From: an uncultured bacterium
Lineage (GTDB): Bacteria > Actinomycetota > Actinomycetes > Mycobacteriales > CAJCIY01
Length of the DNA stretch: 64,000 nucleotides
Assembly (NCBI GenBank): GCA_964245825.1
Contig: CAXTNT010000002.1
Location: 223,728 to 287,727, forward strand
Direction: 5' to 3'
Part shown: piece by piece, positions 9,497 through 17,700 of the stretch
Layout: the number at the start of each line of letters is the position of its first letter
Position numbering within the stretch: position 1 is the stretch's first letter
The notes under the pieces: generated by a model
Database searches by the model: none
Seen by the model: the letters and a program-made list of their open reading frames with translations, nothing else
What the model was told of the DNA's origin: nothing
Program-made: the position numbers and the translations under genes

Positions 9497-10242
9497 CCGA
9501 CCTCGTCTACCGGGCGATGGTGCGGGTCGGCCTGCTGCTGTTCTGGGCGCTGCGGCTCGACATCCGCGGCGTCGACGACGAGCGCATCCCGGCCACCGGC
9601 GGCGCGGTGCTGGCGATCACCCACTTCGGGTATCTCGACTTCGCGATCACCGAACGCGTCGTGTGGGGCCGGCGGCGGCGCTATGTCCGCTTCCTGGCCA
9701 CCGACGCGTCCTTCCGGCACCCGATCTCCGGGCCGCTGATGCGCGGCATGCACCACGTGCCGGTCGACCGCTCGGCGGGCGCGGGCGCTTACGCGGAGGC
9801 GAGCGCGCGGCTGCGCGCCGGCGAGATCATCGGCGTGTTCCCCGAGGCGCAGGTCAACCGGGCGTGGGTCGTCGGCGAGTGCAAGACCGGTGCGGTCCGG
9901 CTGGCGGCCGAGGCGGGCGTACCGCTGATCCCGGTCGCCGTCTGGGGCGGGCACCGGGTGCTGACCCGCGGCCATCCGATGCGACTGCGCGACCGGCGCG
10001 GCATCGCGGTACGGGTGCATGTGGGCGCGCCGATGTCCACGCGCAGGCACCAGGTGGTCGCGCAGACCGAGGCGCTCCGGGCCCGGCTGCAGGGCCTGGT
10101 CGAGACGGCGCAGCAGAGCTATCCGCAGAGCGCCGCGGGCGAGCCGTGGTGGCAGCCTGCCGCGCTCGGCGGCAGCGCGCCGACGCCGGCGGAGGCCGCC
10201 GGCCTCGACGCCGCCGACGACGCGGCCACCCTGGCATCCTGA
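9493..10242 (+). CDS. 1-acyl-sn-glycerol-3-phosphate acyltransferase family (PlsC-like lysophospholipid acyltransferase)
   Basis: A GTG start overlapping the upstream stop. It has acyltransferase motif I H-x4-D (ITHFGYLDF), the FPEAQ block (FPEG-like) and VPLIPVAV (motif IV). Confidence 0.8.
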   Translation: MTDLVYRAMVRVGLLLFWALRLDIRGVDDERIPATGGAVLAITHFGYLDFAITERVVWGRRRRYVRFLATDASFRHPISGPLMRGMHHVPVDRSAGAGAYAEASARLRAGEIIGVFPEAQVNRAWVVGECKTGAVRLAAEAGVPLIPVAVWGGHRVLTRGHPMRLRDRRGIAVRVHVGAPMSTRRHQVVAQTEALRARLQGLVETAQQSYPQSAAGEPWWQPAALGGSAPTPAEAAGLDAADDAATLAS

Positions 10243-10274
10243 TCGCACTGCACGACCCGAGGAGAGGACCACCC

Positions 10275-10733
10275 ATGAAGGCCGGCGACATCGCCCCCGA
10301 CTTCACCCTGCCCGACGAGGACGGCACCCCCCGCACGCTGTCCACCCTGCTGGCCGACGGCCCGGTCGTGCTGTTCTTCTTCCCGTACGCGATGACCAGC
10401 GGCTGCACCCGCGAGAGCTGCCACTTCCGCGACCTGGCGAGCGAGTACGCGCAGGCCGGCGCGCAGCGGGTCGGCATCAGCATGGACTCGGTGGCCAAGC
10501 AGAAGGAGTTCTCCGACAAGCATTCCTTCGACTACCCGCTGCTGTCGGACGAGGCCGGCGAGGTGGCGACGGCGTTCGGGGTCAAGCGCGGCGTCCTGCT
10601 CAAGAAGCTGACGCCGGTGAAGCGGGCCACCTTCGTGATCGGTACGGACCGGACGATCCTCGAGGTGATCTCGAGCGAGATGAAGTTCGAGATGCACGCC
10701 GACGAGGCGCTGAAGGTGCTCGCCAAGGCCTGA
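10275..10733 (+). CDS. bcp: Peroxiredoxin, Bcp-type thiol peroxidase (AhpC/TSA family)
   Basis: RBS ggagagga precedes the ATG. The 152-aa ORF has the peroxidatic/resolving Cys arrangement FFFPYAMTSGCTRESC (Bcp C-x4-C). Confidence 0.85.
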   Translation: MKAGDIAPDFTLPDEDGTPRTLSTLLADGPVVLFFFPYAMTSGCTRESCHFRDLASEYAQAGAQRVGISMDSVAKQKEFSDKHSFDYPLLSDEAGEVATAFGVKRGVLLKKLTPVKRATFVIGTDRTILEVISSEMKFEMHADEALKVLAKA

Positions 10734-10788
10734 GGCGCTGGTTTCTCGGCGCCGGAAGACGCTCGCGAGCGGCTGGCGCCGGAGCTGC

Positions 10789-11232
10789 TCAGTTGATCAG
10801 GAAGGCCGGGAAGTCGGGTGCGGCGGCGCGGAGGGCCTCGTCGGTGGAGTCGGCCTTCAGGCCGGGGAAGAACTGCCCGACCTCGAAGCCCCAGCGGCGC
10901 AGGTACTCCCGCAGCACCGGTGGCTTGGCGTCGTCGGTGAGTTCGACGACGGTGATCGCCTCGGTACGCCGGCCCAGGCGCAGCTCGCCGCCGCCGGCCG
11001 CCCGGATGTTGCGTACCCACTGGGTCTGACCGCGGGGGGCGACGAGGTGGCGCCGGCCGTCGAGGCTGAGCACGTTGACGGGGGTGCTGCGCCACTCGCC
11101 GGTGCTGCGGCCGCGTACCCGCAGCTCCCGAGAGCCCACGAGGCTGATGCCGAGCCGGGCAAGCCCGCGGACGAGCGGGTTGAGGACGCGGCGGGTGAAG
11201 GGGTCCGGGGCGCGGTATCGGGGTTCGTCCAT
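10789..11232 (-). CDS. Nitroreductase-family deazaflavin (F420)-dependent oxidoreductase-like protein (DUF385)
   Basis: 147 aa with the conserved layout of the actinobacterial Ddn/DUF385 family (RRVLNPLVRGLARLG...TTGRRSGEWRSTPV...HLVAPRGQTQWVRNIRA). Confidence 0.7.
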   Translation of the reverse strand: MDEPRYRAPDPFTRRVLNPLVRGLARLGISLVGSRELRVRGRSTGEWRSTPVNVLSLDGRRHLVAPRGQTQWVRNIRAAGGGELRLGRRTEAITVVELTDDAKPPVLREYLRRWGFEVGQFFPGLKADSTDEALRAAAPDFPAFLIN

Positions 11233-11397
11233 GTGCTCTCCTCGTTTCTCGGCGGCGACCGCCGGCGCTTCCGGGCATCATCTGCTGTCGGCCTGGGGAT
11301 GCCAAGACGTCTGGCGTGGCTAGGTTGGGGAGGGCGCGCGGCGTCGGGCGCGAGGCGCTCGCCCCTGCCCTGCGTACCTGGGACACTCGCCGGTGCC

Positions 11398-11470
11398 GGG
11401 CCGTTAGCTCAACTGGCAGAGCAGCGGACTTTTAATCCGCGGGTTCTGGGTTCGACCCCCAGGCGGCCCA
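11398..11470 (+). tRNA. tRNA-Lys (anticodon UUU)
   Basis: GGGCCGTTAGCTCAACTGGCAGAGCAGCGGACTTTTAATCCGCGGGTTCTGGGTTCGACCCCCAGGCGGCCCA. It has a 7-bp acceptor stem (with one G-U pair), a D-loop, an anticodon loop cTTTTaa and a T-arm GGTTCGA. CCA is not fully encoded. Confidence 0.9.
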
Positions 11471-11496
11471 CCTACCGAAGGCCCACCTACCGAAGG
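11467..11496. repeat. 15-nt perfect tandem direct repeat (cccacctaccgaagg x2) overlapping the tRNA-Lys 3' end; att-core-like duplication
   Basis: Read directly; the first copy contains the last nucleotides of the tRNA acceptor stem. Confidence 0.8.
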
Positions 11497-11858
11497 TCAA
11501 CAGGCCCACTCTTACTGTGCGGGTACACCTGCCGCTTGACTGTGCTTCGGCTCATGCTTGACGCCTGATTCGGCCGTTCGTCGACACCCAGGGAGACCAG
11601 CGTGGCTGAGCAGAGGCATTGCTTCTGCTGCACCGTCGTCGACGCCAGCCAGTGACGTCCCCTGTGGTGGTCTAGCTCCTCGGGTCTCACGGAGTTGGTG
11701 ACCACGTGCGCTGTGGCCAGCGTGTGATGGTCAGCGAGACCACGCCAATGGTTCTCGCGGAAGGACACAGAGAGACCAGTGACGCCGTGTCCCATGCAGG
11801 CGTCTCCTTGTTATTGGCATCATGTGAGACCGAGCTGTCTACCGTCAGCAGTCGGCAA

Positions 11859-12566
11859 CTAAGGATCCTGTTCTCTATCCCGTGTTGCATGTCTTGCCGC
11901 TGCGTCAAGAAGGGTTTGTCTGATCTGAGCCCGACGAAGGTTCTCGGCGCTGTCACCCTCAACTGACGTTGATAGCCCTTGTGTTTGAAACGGGCCACCC
12001 TCGACGATCATCTCACGGTGGGGTGCAGGTTCGAGGCTGGCGTCGTACTTGCCCCGTTCGCTCTCCAGTCTCAGCACGATTATGTCTTTGACGGGTGCGG
12101 GCCAGACCTGAAAGAGGTACCTCTCAATGATGGGGTCGGGCGGCATCATCTGGTCGTCCTCGTTCTCGTACTCCTCAGTCATCACGACGCCGTCGTAATT
12201 TGCGTCTCGACCCCGAGCATGGACGCGGATGCGGTACGTACCGGGCCCGGCGGGACTCAGAACCGGGAACTCGTCGTCAACGTCCATGCCAAGCGCAGCG
12301 AAGCCGAGATCACCGGACGGTACCTCGATGCTCGCCTCGACGATGTCTTCCCAATCACCAGCATCTAGATCGGTCGGCGCGCTGGCGAGCACGTGCACAT
12401 CGACCCCGACAGGGCCAGCTGCTATGCCCGTGTTTATGTAGAGCGAGTGGGGAGAGACCCCGACTAACCCGTTGCCCGAAGTATCAGCCCAGGGAAAGGG
12501 AGCTTCCATGACGTCCCCGATGTAGAACTGGTGGTAGTCAACCGGAACTGTGCCCATGGGTTCCAT
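11859..12566 (-). CDS. Hypothetical acidic protein encoded in the lower-GC islet
   Basis: A 235-aa ORF, strongly acidic (D/E-rich), with non-repetitive protein-like composition. It lies in DNA of visibly lower GC than its surroundings. No recognisable family. Confidence 0.5.
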   Translation of the reverse strand: MEPMGTVPVDYHQFYIGDVMEAPFPWADTSGNGLVGVSPHSLYINTGIAAGPVGVDVHVLASAPTDLDAGDWEDIVEASIEVPSGDLGFAALGMDVDDEFPVLSPAGPGTYRIRVHARGRDANYDGVVMTEEYENEDDQMMPPDPIIERYLFQVWPAPVKDIIVLRLESERGKYDASLEPAPHREMIVEGGPFQTQGLSTSVEGDSAENLRRAQIRQTLLDAAARHATRDREQDP

Positions 12567-12829
12567 GTCACTCCCGCTCCCAGAGGGTGCTGCGGCTCCG
12601 CTGAGGCGCCGTTCGAGCTAACGTACCGCCATGAAAGCGCGCTTGGGAGTGCTCTTCGTCGAACCTGCCGGCGCTCTGGGCGGCATTCGGCGCGCCGTTC
12701 GGCGACGACCGGGAGGCGCTCGCGGCCGCGTTCAGATCCCGCTACGCCGAGGTACACGAAGCCAGCGTCGGGGAGTGGTTCACGGCGCACGACGTTCCAA
12801 AACGCGTCTGGTCACGCGTCGAAGACTGA

Positions 12830-13175
12830 GTGACCTCCCAGATTCCGACGGCGTCCTCGTCGACGGTGCGACCTACGGGCAGCAGGCAGCGGCGGCGGGC
12901 GAACGCGGACCGGAACGCTGGTTGTCGGTGAGGGTCTCCAGTCGGGCGTTGATCAGCCGACTGCCGATCGAGGGGTCTTTCGCCCAGGACGGGACCAGTC
13001 CCCACCGCAACGCCACCAGTTTCCGCTGCCCGTGGCGGTCGACCGCGGCGGGCACTGGCTTGGTCGGGGCCACGTTGTAGTCCGGCTCGGCCAGCGCCTC
13101 CCCGGTCTCGTCGCTCGCCCCCAGCAGCACGGCCAGGTCGGAGGTGGACCGGGCCGAGGCGTACCTGCCGCACAT
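12830..13175 (-). pseudogene. SOS-response-associated peptidase (SRAP/YedK/HMCES, DUF159) pseudogene, frameshifted and truncated
   Basis: The N-terminus MCGRYA... carries the catalytic Cys2, followed by ...WGLVPSWAKD...LINARLET, then a premature stop. The next conserved SRAP block (KPAFRSAFARRRCLLP) continues in a different reading frame. Similarity is lost after about 115 aa of an expected ~230. Confidence 0.75.
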
Positions 13176-13332
13176 GACCGGAGCGTAGAACGGACGGTCA
13201 CGGCACGCCGCCGCCGCCGTGACAGGTCAACCGTGCTCACCGCGGCTGGGTTGCCCCGAATGGGCTACAGACCGCGCAGTGCGGGCCCGAAAGACTCGGT
13301 CGCACTTTCGGGTGACCGCGGAGGAGACCGAC

Positions 13333-13731
13333 GTGAGAGCAGCACTTGGCTTCGCCCTGGCCGGGGTCAGCATCGCCGGTCTGACGCTTACCGCGAATGC
13401 CGCGGTCGCGGCCCCGACGAAGAACCCGCCGGCTCATCCGATCGCGAACACACAACAGACCTTCGATCAGTACTACCGTGATGGGTCCGGCTACACCGAA
13501 GAAGTCGTGTTCACGGGCAACACGTGGTCACTGCCCGGTTATGCCGACGAGGGCACGTTCACCAACAAGGGCGAGTCGCTCACGATGAAGACCACGTCGG
13601 CCCACGACCGGGGCTGCACCTACAAGGGCACCTACGTCGCCAGCACAACCCTCTACACAGGCAAGTTGAAGTGCCCCAACAGCGGAGCGAAGGGCACCTT
13701 CACGGTGACGACGACAGGGCAGAGCGGCTGA
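13333..13731 (+). CDS. Small secreted hypothetical protein
   Basis: A GTG start after a ggagga RBS, then a signal-peptide-like N-terminus (AALGFALAGVSIAGLTLTANAAVAAP) and a Thr/Gly-rich mature part with 2 Cys. GC is lower than in the flanking DNA. Confidence 0.5.
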   Translation: MRAALGFALAGVSIAGLTLTANAAVAAPTKNPPAHPIANTQQTFDQYYRDGSGYTEEVVFTGNTWSLPGYADEGTFTNKGESLTMKTTSAHDRGCTYKGTYVASTTLYTGKLKCPNSGAKGTFTVTTTGQSG

Positions 13732-13811
13732 CACGGTCCCGACCGCGCTGGCCGAGGTCTCCCAGCAGCGCCGCATCATCAGCACCCGGCGCGCAGCGCC
13801 GTACCTGACAG

Positions 13812-15107
13812 TCAGGCCGGTTCCGGTGGTCTCGCTGTCAGCGCGCCTTCGAGCATGCGGGCGGCGACTCTCGGCAGGAAGCCATTGCGTTCCTCGGCGG
13901 GGCAGGCGGCGAGCGCGCGACGCGCCTGTTCGACGTCTCGAACCTGGAGCTCGACCATGGCACGCACCGCGCACCGGTTGGCCAGTAGCTGGCCGGACAG
14001 GGTGTGATCCGCTGCGGCGAGTATGGCGCGGGCCTCGAGGGGGCGGTCTCCGAACATCAACGCCACCGCGCGCGCCGTACCCGTACGGTCGGCGTCCGGG
14101 GCAACCCGCTGCGCGAGTGCGGCCCATCGGCCGACGCGCGCCACGTCCAGTTCGGCGACGCTGGGGTGCGCGGGGGTGATCACCTCTCGGATGATCACGA
14201 TTGTCCACAGCTCCACCACCGCGCAGGCCAGCGCGGCCGTGGTCTGCGCGGTCTGGCCGCTCGTGGCCGCGCGCTCCAGGTTCGTGTCGGCCCGTTCGAG
14301 GATGAAGCGGGCGTCGGGCGCCGGCCCATGCGCCAGCAGCGTGAGCAGTCTGCCGGCAGCCGCCGCAGCCACCTCCGGCCGTCCGTCAGTCAGCGCCGTC
14401 CGGAGCACGTCGCGATTGGTGCTCCGGGTCAGCTCGATGACGGCTCGTCGGCTGTTCTCGAGGTTCCGCTGCGCAGTCGGGTGGAAGAGCCACCGGCCGA
14501 TCGTCAGACCGTCGCTGGCGAGTGCGCCATCCTGAACAGGGATCAGGTTCATGAACACGAGCCACGCGCCGGTGACACCCGCGCCCAGCAGCAGGCAGCG
14601 GACACCGACCGACGGGCTCCGCGCAGCGAACCACCACGCCACCGCGGTGAGCACGGCGTTCGCCGCCGGACCGCCGCCCGCGAACACGATGCGAAGCGGT
14701 CGTTCCAGGACGCGCGCCTCGCCCCACTGCGCCTGGACATGATTTCTGCTGGCGATAGGCGGGAGCCCGCCTCGACGCCAGACATACACCCCCAGGACGC
14801 GGACGGCCACCACCCGCAGTCGCAGGGACAGCGCGGCCAGCAGATGGCCTCCCTCGTGTGCCGGGATGTTCACGAGGGTCCCGACGATCAGGCCGACGTA
14901 GGCACAGGTGACGCCGACGAATCCGCCGATGGCGCCGGCCCAGACGAGAGTCAGCACGACCGCGACGAGGGCCAGGGCCAGGTGTCCCAGCCGAAGACCG
15001 CTCCTGTCCGCCCCGGTCGAGACCACGGCACAGGGTGTCAGCGCACCGGCCGCCCCACAAGGGTCAGGCTGGGTGGTACGCACTGTCGGTGAGGCACGGG
15101 ATCTCAT
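13812..15107 (-). CDS. Site-2-protease-like (peptidase M50 family) membrane metalloprotease with a C-terminal soluble helical-repeat extension
   Basis: HExxH inside a TM segment (NIPAHEGGHLLAA) and a second TM motif NLIPVQDGALASDG (the LDG-like ligand region). About 200 C-terminal residues form an Ala/Leu-rich helical domain. The start is uncertain. Confidence 0.6.
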   Translation of the reverse strand: MRSRASPTVRTTQPDPCGAAGALTPCAVVSTGADRSGLRLGHLALALVAVVLTLVWAGAIGGFVGVTCAYVGLIVGTLVNIPAHEGGHLLAALSLRLRVVAVRVLGVYVWRRGGLPPIASRNHVQAQWGEARVLERPLRIVFAGGGPAANAVLTAVAWWFAARSPSVGVRCLLLGAGVTGAWLVFMNLIPVQDGALASDGLTIGRWLFHPTAQRNLENSRRAVIELTRSTNRDVLRTALTDGRPEVAAAAAGRLLTLLAHGPAPDARFILERADTNLERAATSGQTAQTTAALACAVVELWTIVIIREVITPAHPSVAELDVARVGRWAALAQRVAPDADRTGTARAVALMFGDRPLEARAILAAADHTLSGQLLANRCAVRAMVELQVRDVEQARRALAACPAEERNGFLPRVAARMLEGALTARPPEPA

Positions 15108-15170
15108 CAGGCGCCGGCCCTGCTGCGGGGTTAGTGTTCCGGCGCTGAATGCCGAGGGCGCGGGGGGACC

Positions 15171-15410
15171 ATGGACGACGACGAGGCCGACGACCGGCTG
15201 CTGGGCCGGATCGGCCGGGTGACCGTCCCGATTCCCAAGGCCGGTCCCGGCGAGGTCTTCGTGGCGATCCGGGGCGGCACCGAGGCCTTCGCTGCCTGGT
15301 CGGACGAGGAGATCGGCCGCAACAAGGCGGTGGTCGTGGTCGAGGTCCGCTCACCCCGTTCCGTCACCGTCACCCCATTCCCCGAAGCTGACTCCCTGGT
15401 GGTGGTCTAG
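15171..15410 (+). CDS. NfeD-like OB-fold protein (short form), partner of the downstream flotillin
   Basis: A 79-aa beta-rich ORF (GRVTVPIPKAGPGEVFVAIRGGTEAFAAWSDEEIGRNKAVVVVEV). Its stop abuts the GTG start of the SPFH gene, the classic nfeD-floT arrangement. Confidence 0.55.
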   Translation: MDDDEADDRLLGRIGRVTVPIPKAGPGEVFVAIRGGTEAFAAWSDEEIGRNKAVVVVEVRSPRSVTVTPFPEADSLVVV

Positions 15411-16901
15411 GTGTTGTTCTGGCACGTCCCCGCGCCCGACGAGGCGCTGTTGATATCCGGCTCCAGGCACAAGGACGGGACGACGCAGTTCCGCATCGTC
15501 ACCGGGCACGGCTCCTTCGTGCTGCCGATCAAGCAGAAGGCGCGGCTGCTGTCGCTGGCGCTGCGGGAAGCCGAGCTCTACGAAGAGTGCGTCACCACCC
15601 AGGGCATCCCGATGCGGGTACGCGCGGTGGCCGTCTTCAAGGTGGGTGACGACCCAGCCTCGATCGCGAACGCCGCCCGCCGGTTCCTCGCCGAGCAGGA
15701 CCGCATGGAGGAGCTGTGCGGACGCATCTTCGCCGGGCACCTGCGCTCGATCATCGGCAGGCTGACGGTCGAGGAGATCATCCGCGAGCGCGACAAGGTC
15801 TCGCAGGAGGTGAAGGACGGCAGCCACCTCGAGATGGAGAAGCTCGGCATCATCGTCGACGGCCTCCAGATCCAGGAGATCGAGGACCCGACCAGCTACA
15901 TCCAGAACCTCGCCGCGCCGCATGCCGCCGCGGTCGCGTCCGCCGCGCGGATCGCCGCGGCCGAGCGCGATCAGGAGGCGGCCGAGAAGGAGCAGCAGGC
16001 GGCGCGGGCCAAGGCGCAGTTCGAGCGGGAGACCGCCATCGCCCGCGCCCGGATCGAGGCGGAGGTGCAGGAGGCGCAGGCGCAGGCCGCGCAGGCCGGC
16101 CCGCTCGCGGAGGCGAAGGCGTCGCAGAACGTGATCGCCGAGCAGACGGTGCTGGCCGAGCGGGCCGCCGCGCTGACCGACAAGCGACTGGAGTCCGACG
16201 TACGCCGCCCCGCGGACGCCGAGGCCTACAAGCAGCGCACCCTGGCAGAGGCCGCCCGGGACGCGGTCAAGCACTCCACCGAAGGGGAGGCGTTCAAGCA
16301 GCGAGCCATGGCGGAGGCCGGCCGCGACACCACGCTGCTGAGCACCGAGGCGGAGGCCAAGCGCCGGCGTGCCATCGCAGAGGCCGAGGCGGACGCACAG
16401 CGGGTCACGGCACAGGCCGGCTCCGACGCGGTGAAGGCCAAGGCGGACGGCGACGCCTACGCGCAACGCGCCATCGCCGACGCGGAGGCGGCGGCGATCA
16501 ACGTACGGGCCAGCGCCCTCTCGGGGGAGAACCAGGAGCTGATCGCCGCCAACAAGCTGGTCGACATGCTGCCCAGCCTCGTGCAGGCAGCCGCCGGCGG
16601 CATCTCCGGCTCGCATCTGACCGTGCTGAACGGGTCCGCCGGGATGAACGAGGTTGCCGTCGGTCTCGTCGCCCAGGGGCTGGCGATCTTCGAGAACCTG
16701 CGCTCCGGTCTTGCGCACAACGGCGACCATCCGGAGCTGGAGCTGTGGCCGTACCGGGTCGTGCCGCCACCGGCGCCGGCGACGCCTCGATCGACCAGAC
16801 CCCGCAGCACAACGGGAGCGCCCCGCGGCCGGCACGGCGGAAGCCCGTGTCGCCGTAATTGGTCGAGGCCGCGAAACCCTGGCGCTGGCCTTCGGCTGTA
16901 G
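15411..16901 (+). CDS. Flotillin-family SPFH/band-7 protein
   Basis: A GTG start immediately after the upstream stop. It has an SPFH domain followed by a long Ala/Glu/Gln-rich coiled-coil region (EAEVQEAQAQAAQAG...), typical of FloT/YuaG-like flotillins. Confidence 0.85.
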   Translation: MLFWHVPAPDEALLISGSRHKDGTTQFRIVTGHGSFVLPIKQKARLLSLALREAELYEECVTTQGIPMRVRAVAVFKVGDDPASIANAARRFLAEQDRMEELCGRIFAGHLRSIIGRLTVEEIIRERDKVSQEVKDGSHLEMEKLGIIVDGLQIQEIEDPTSYIQNLAAPHAAAVASAARIAAAERDQEAAEKEQQAARAKAQFERETAIARARIEAEVQEAQAQAAQAGPLAEAKASQNVIAEQTVLAERAAALTDKRLESDVRRPADAEAYKQRTLAEAARDAVKHSTEGEAFKQRAMAEAGRDTTLLSTEAEAKRRRAIAEAEADAQRVTAQAGSDAVKAKADGDAYAQRAIADAEAAAINVRASALSGENQELIAANKLVDMLPSLVQAAAGGISGSHLTVLNGSAGMNEVAVGLVAQGLAIFENLRSGLAHNGDHPELELWPYRVVPPPAPATPRSTRPRSTTGAPRGRHGGSPCRRNWSRPRNPGAGLRL

Positions 16902-16944
16902 CCGTGCGTAGCAGTTCGTAGCGCCTGCAGATTACAGTGTGGGG

Positions 16945-17199
16945 ATGACCCGGGAGATCAGTCAGCGCGAACTGCGCAACGACAGCGGAGCGATCCTCCG
17001 AGCGGTGGAGTCCGGCGAGGACTTCGTCGTCACCCGCAACGGAACCGCCCTCGCCGAACTACGCCCGCTGCGCCGTCGCCGCTTCGTGGCCGCCGCCGAG
17101 CTGCTGGCGACTGCTCGGCAGCTGGCGCCCCTCGATGCCACGGCCTTCCGCCGCGACGTCGATGAGTTCCTGGACCAGACCCCGACGGGCGAGCACTGA
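16945..17199 (+). CDS. vapB: Type II antitoxin (VapB/Phd-like) of a VapBC pair
   Basis: An ~85-aa ORF (MTREISQRELRNDSGAILRAVESGEDFVVTRNGTALAELRP) with the YefM/Phd-like antitoxin pattern. Its stop overlaps the PIN gene start (ATGA). Confidence 0.8.
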   Translation: MTREISQRELRNDSGAILRAVESGEDFVVTRNGTALAELRPLRRRRFVAAAELLATARQLAPLDATAFRRDVDEFLDQTPTGEH

Positions 17200-17591
17200 T
17201 GCCGGAGACAGGGCTTCTGGACACGTCCGTGGTGATCGACCTGCCGGTCGCGGATGGCCTGCTTCCGGCCGAGGCTGCGATCACGACCATGACCCTTGCC
17301 GAGCTTGCCGCCGGGCCCCACGCGACCGCCGACCCGGTTGAGCGATCGATCCGCCAGGAGCGACTGCAATGGGCCGAGGCGACGTTCGACGCGTTTCCCT
17401 TCGACATCGCGGCGGCGCGAAGCTACGGACGGGTCTACGCGCTGGTGCGATCGGCTCGTCGGCAGCCGCGCGGTCGCCTCGCCGACCTCATGATCGTCGC
17501 GATCGCCGCGTCCCAGCAGCTACCCCTGTACACCCGCAACCCCGACGACTTCATCGCGCTCGAGCAGATGGTCACCGTCGTCCCGGTCTGA
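17199..17591 (+). CDS. vapC: PIN-domain ribonuclease toxin VapC
   Basis: 130 aa with the PIN acidic residues (LLDTSVVID ... MTLAELA ... DLMIVAIA ... TRNPDDF). Confidence 0.85.
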   Translation: MPETGLLDTSVVIDLPVADGLLPAEAAITTMTLAELAAGPHATADPVERSIRQERLQWAEATFDAFPFDIAAARSYGRVYALVRSARRQPRGRLADLMIVAIAASQQLPLYTRNPDDFIALEQMVTVVPV

Positions 17592-17700
17592 CACGCGGGT
17601 CACCTCGGCGCAGACATGCCAGCCAGAATGCACGAGGGACCGGCTTCCGTAGCGATGCGCTCGCTTACTGACCGCATGATCGTTCGGTTACCGTCGGCCG

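Noticed and set aside
11487-11998. Short ORFs (11487..11795 -, 11687..11998 -, 11706..11966 +) in the lower-GC spacer after tRNA-Lys
   Set aside because: They overlap one another in different frames and have no motifs and no clear RBS. The region is more likely non-coding remnant DNA of the islet.
12742-13173. A 143-aa minus-strand ORF
   Set aside because: Only a short internal stretch (PAFRSAFARRRCLLP) is SRAP-like. It represents the shifted second frame of the SRAP pseudogene, not an independent gene.
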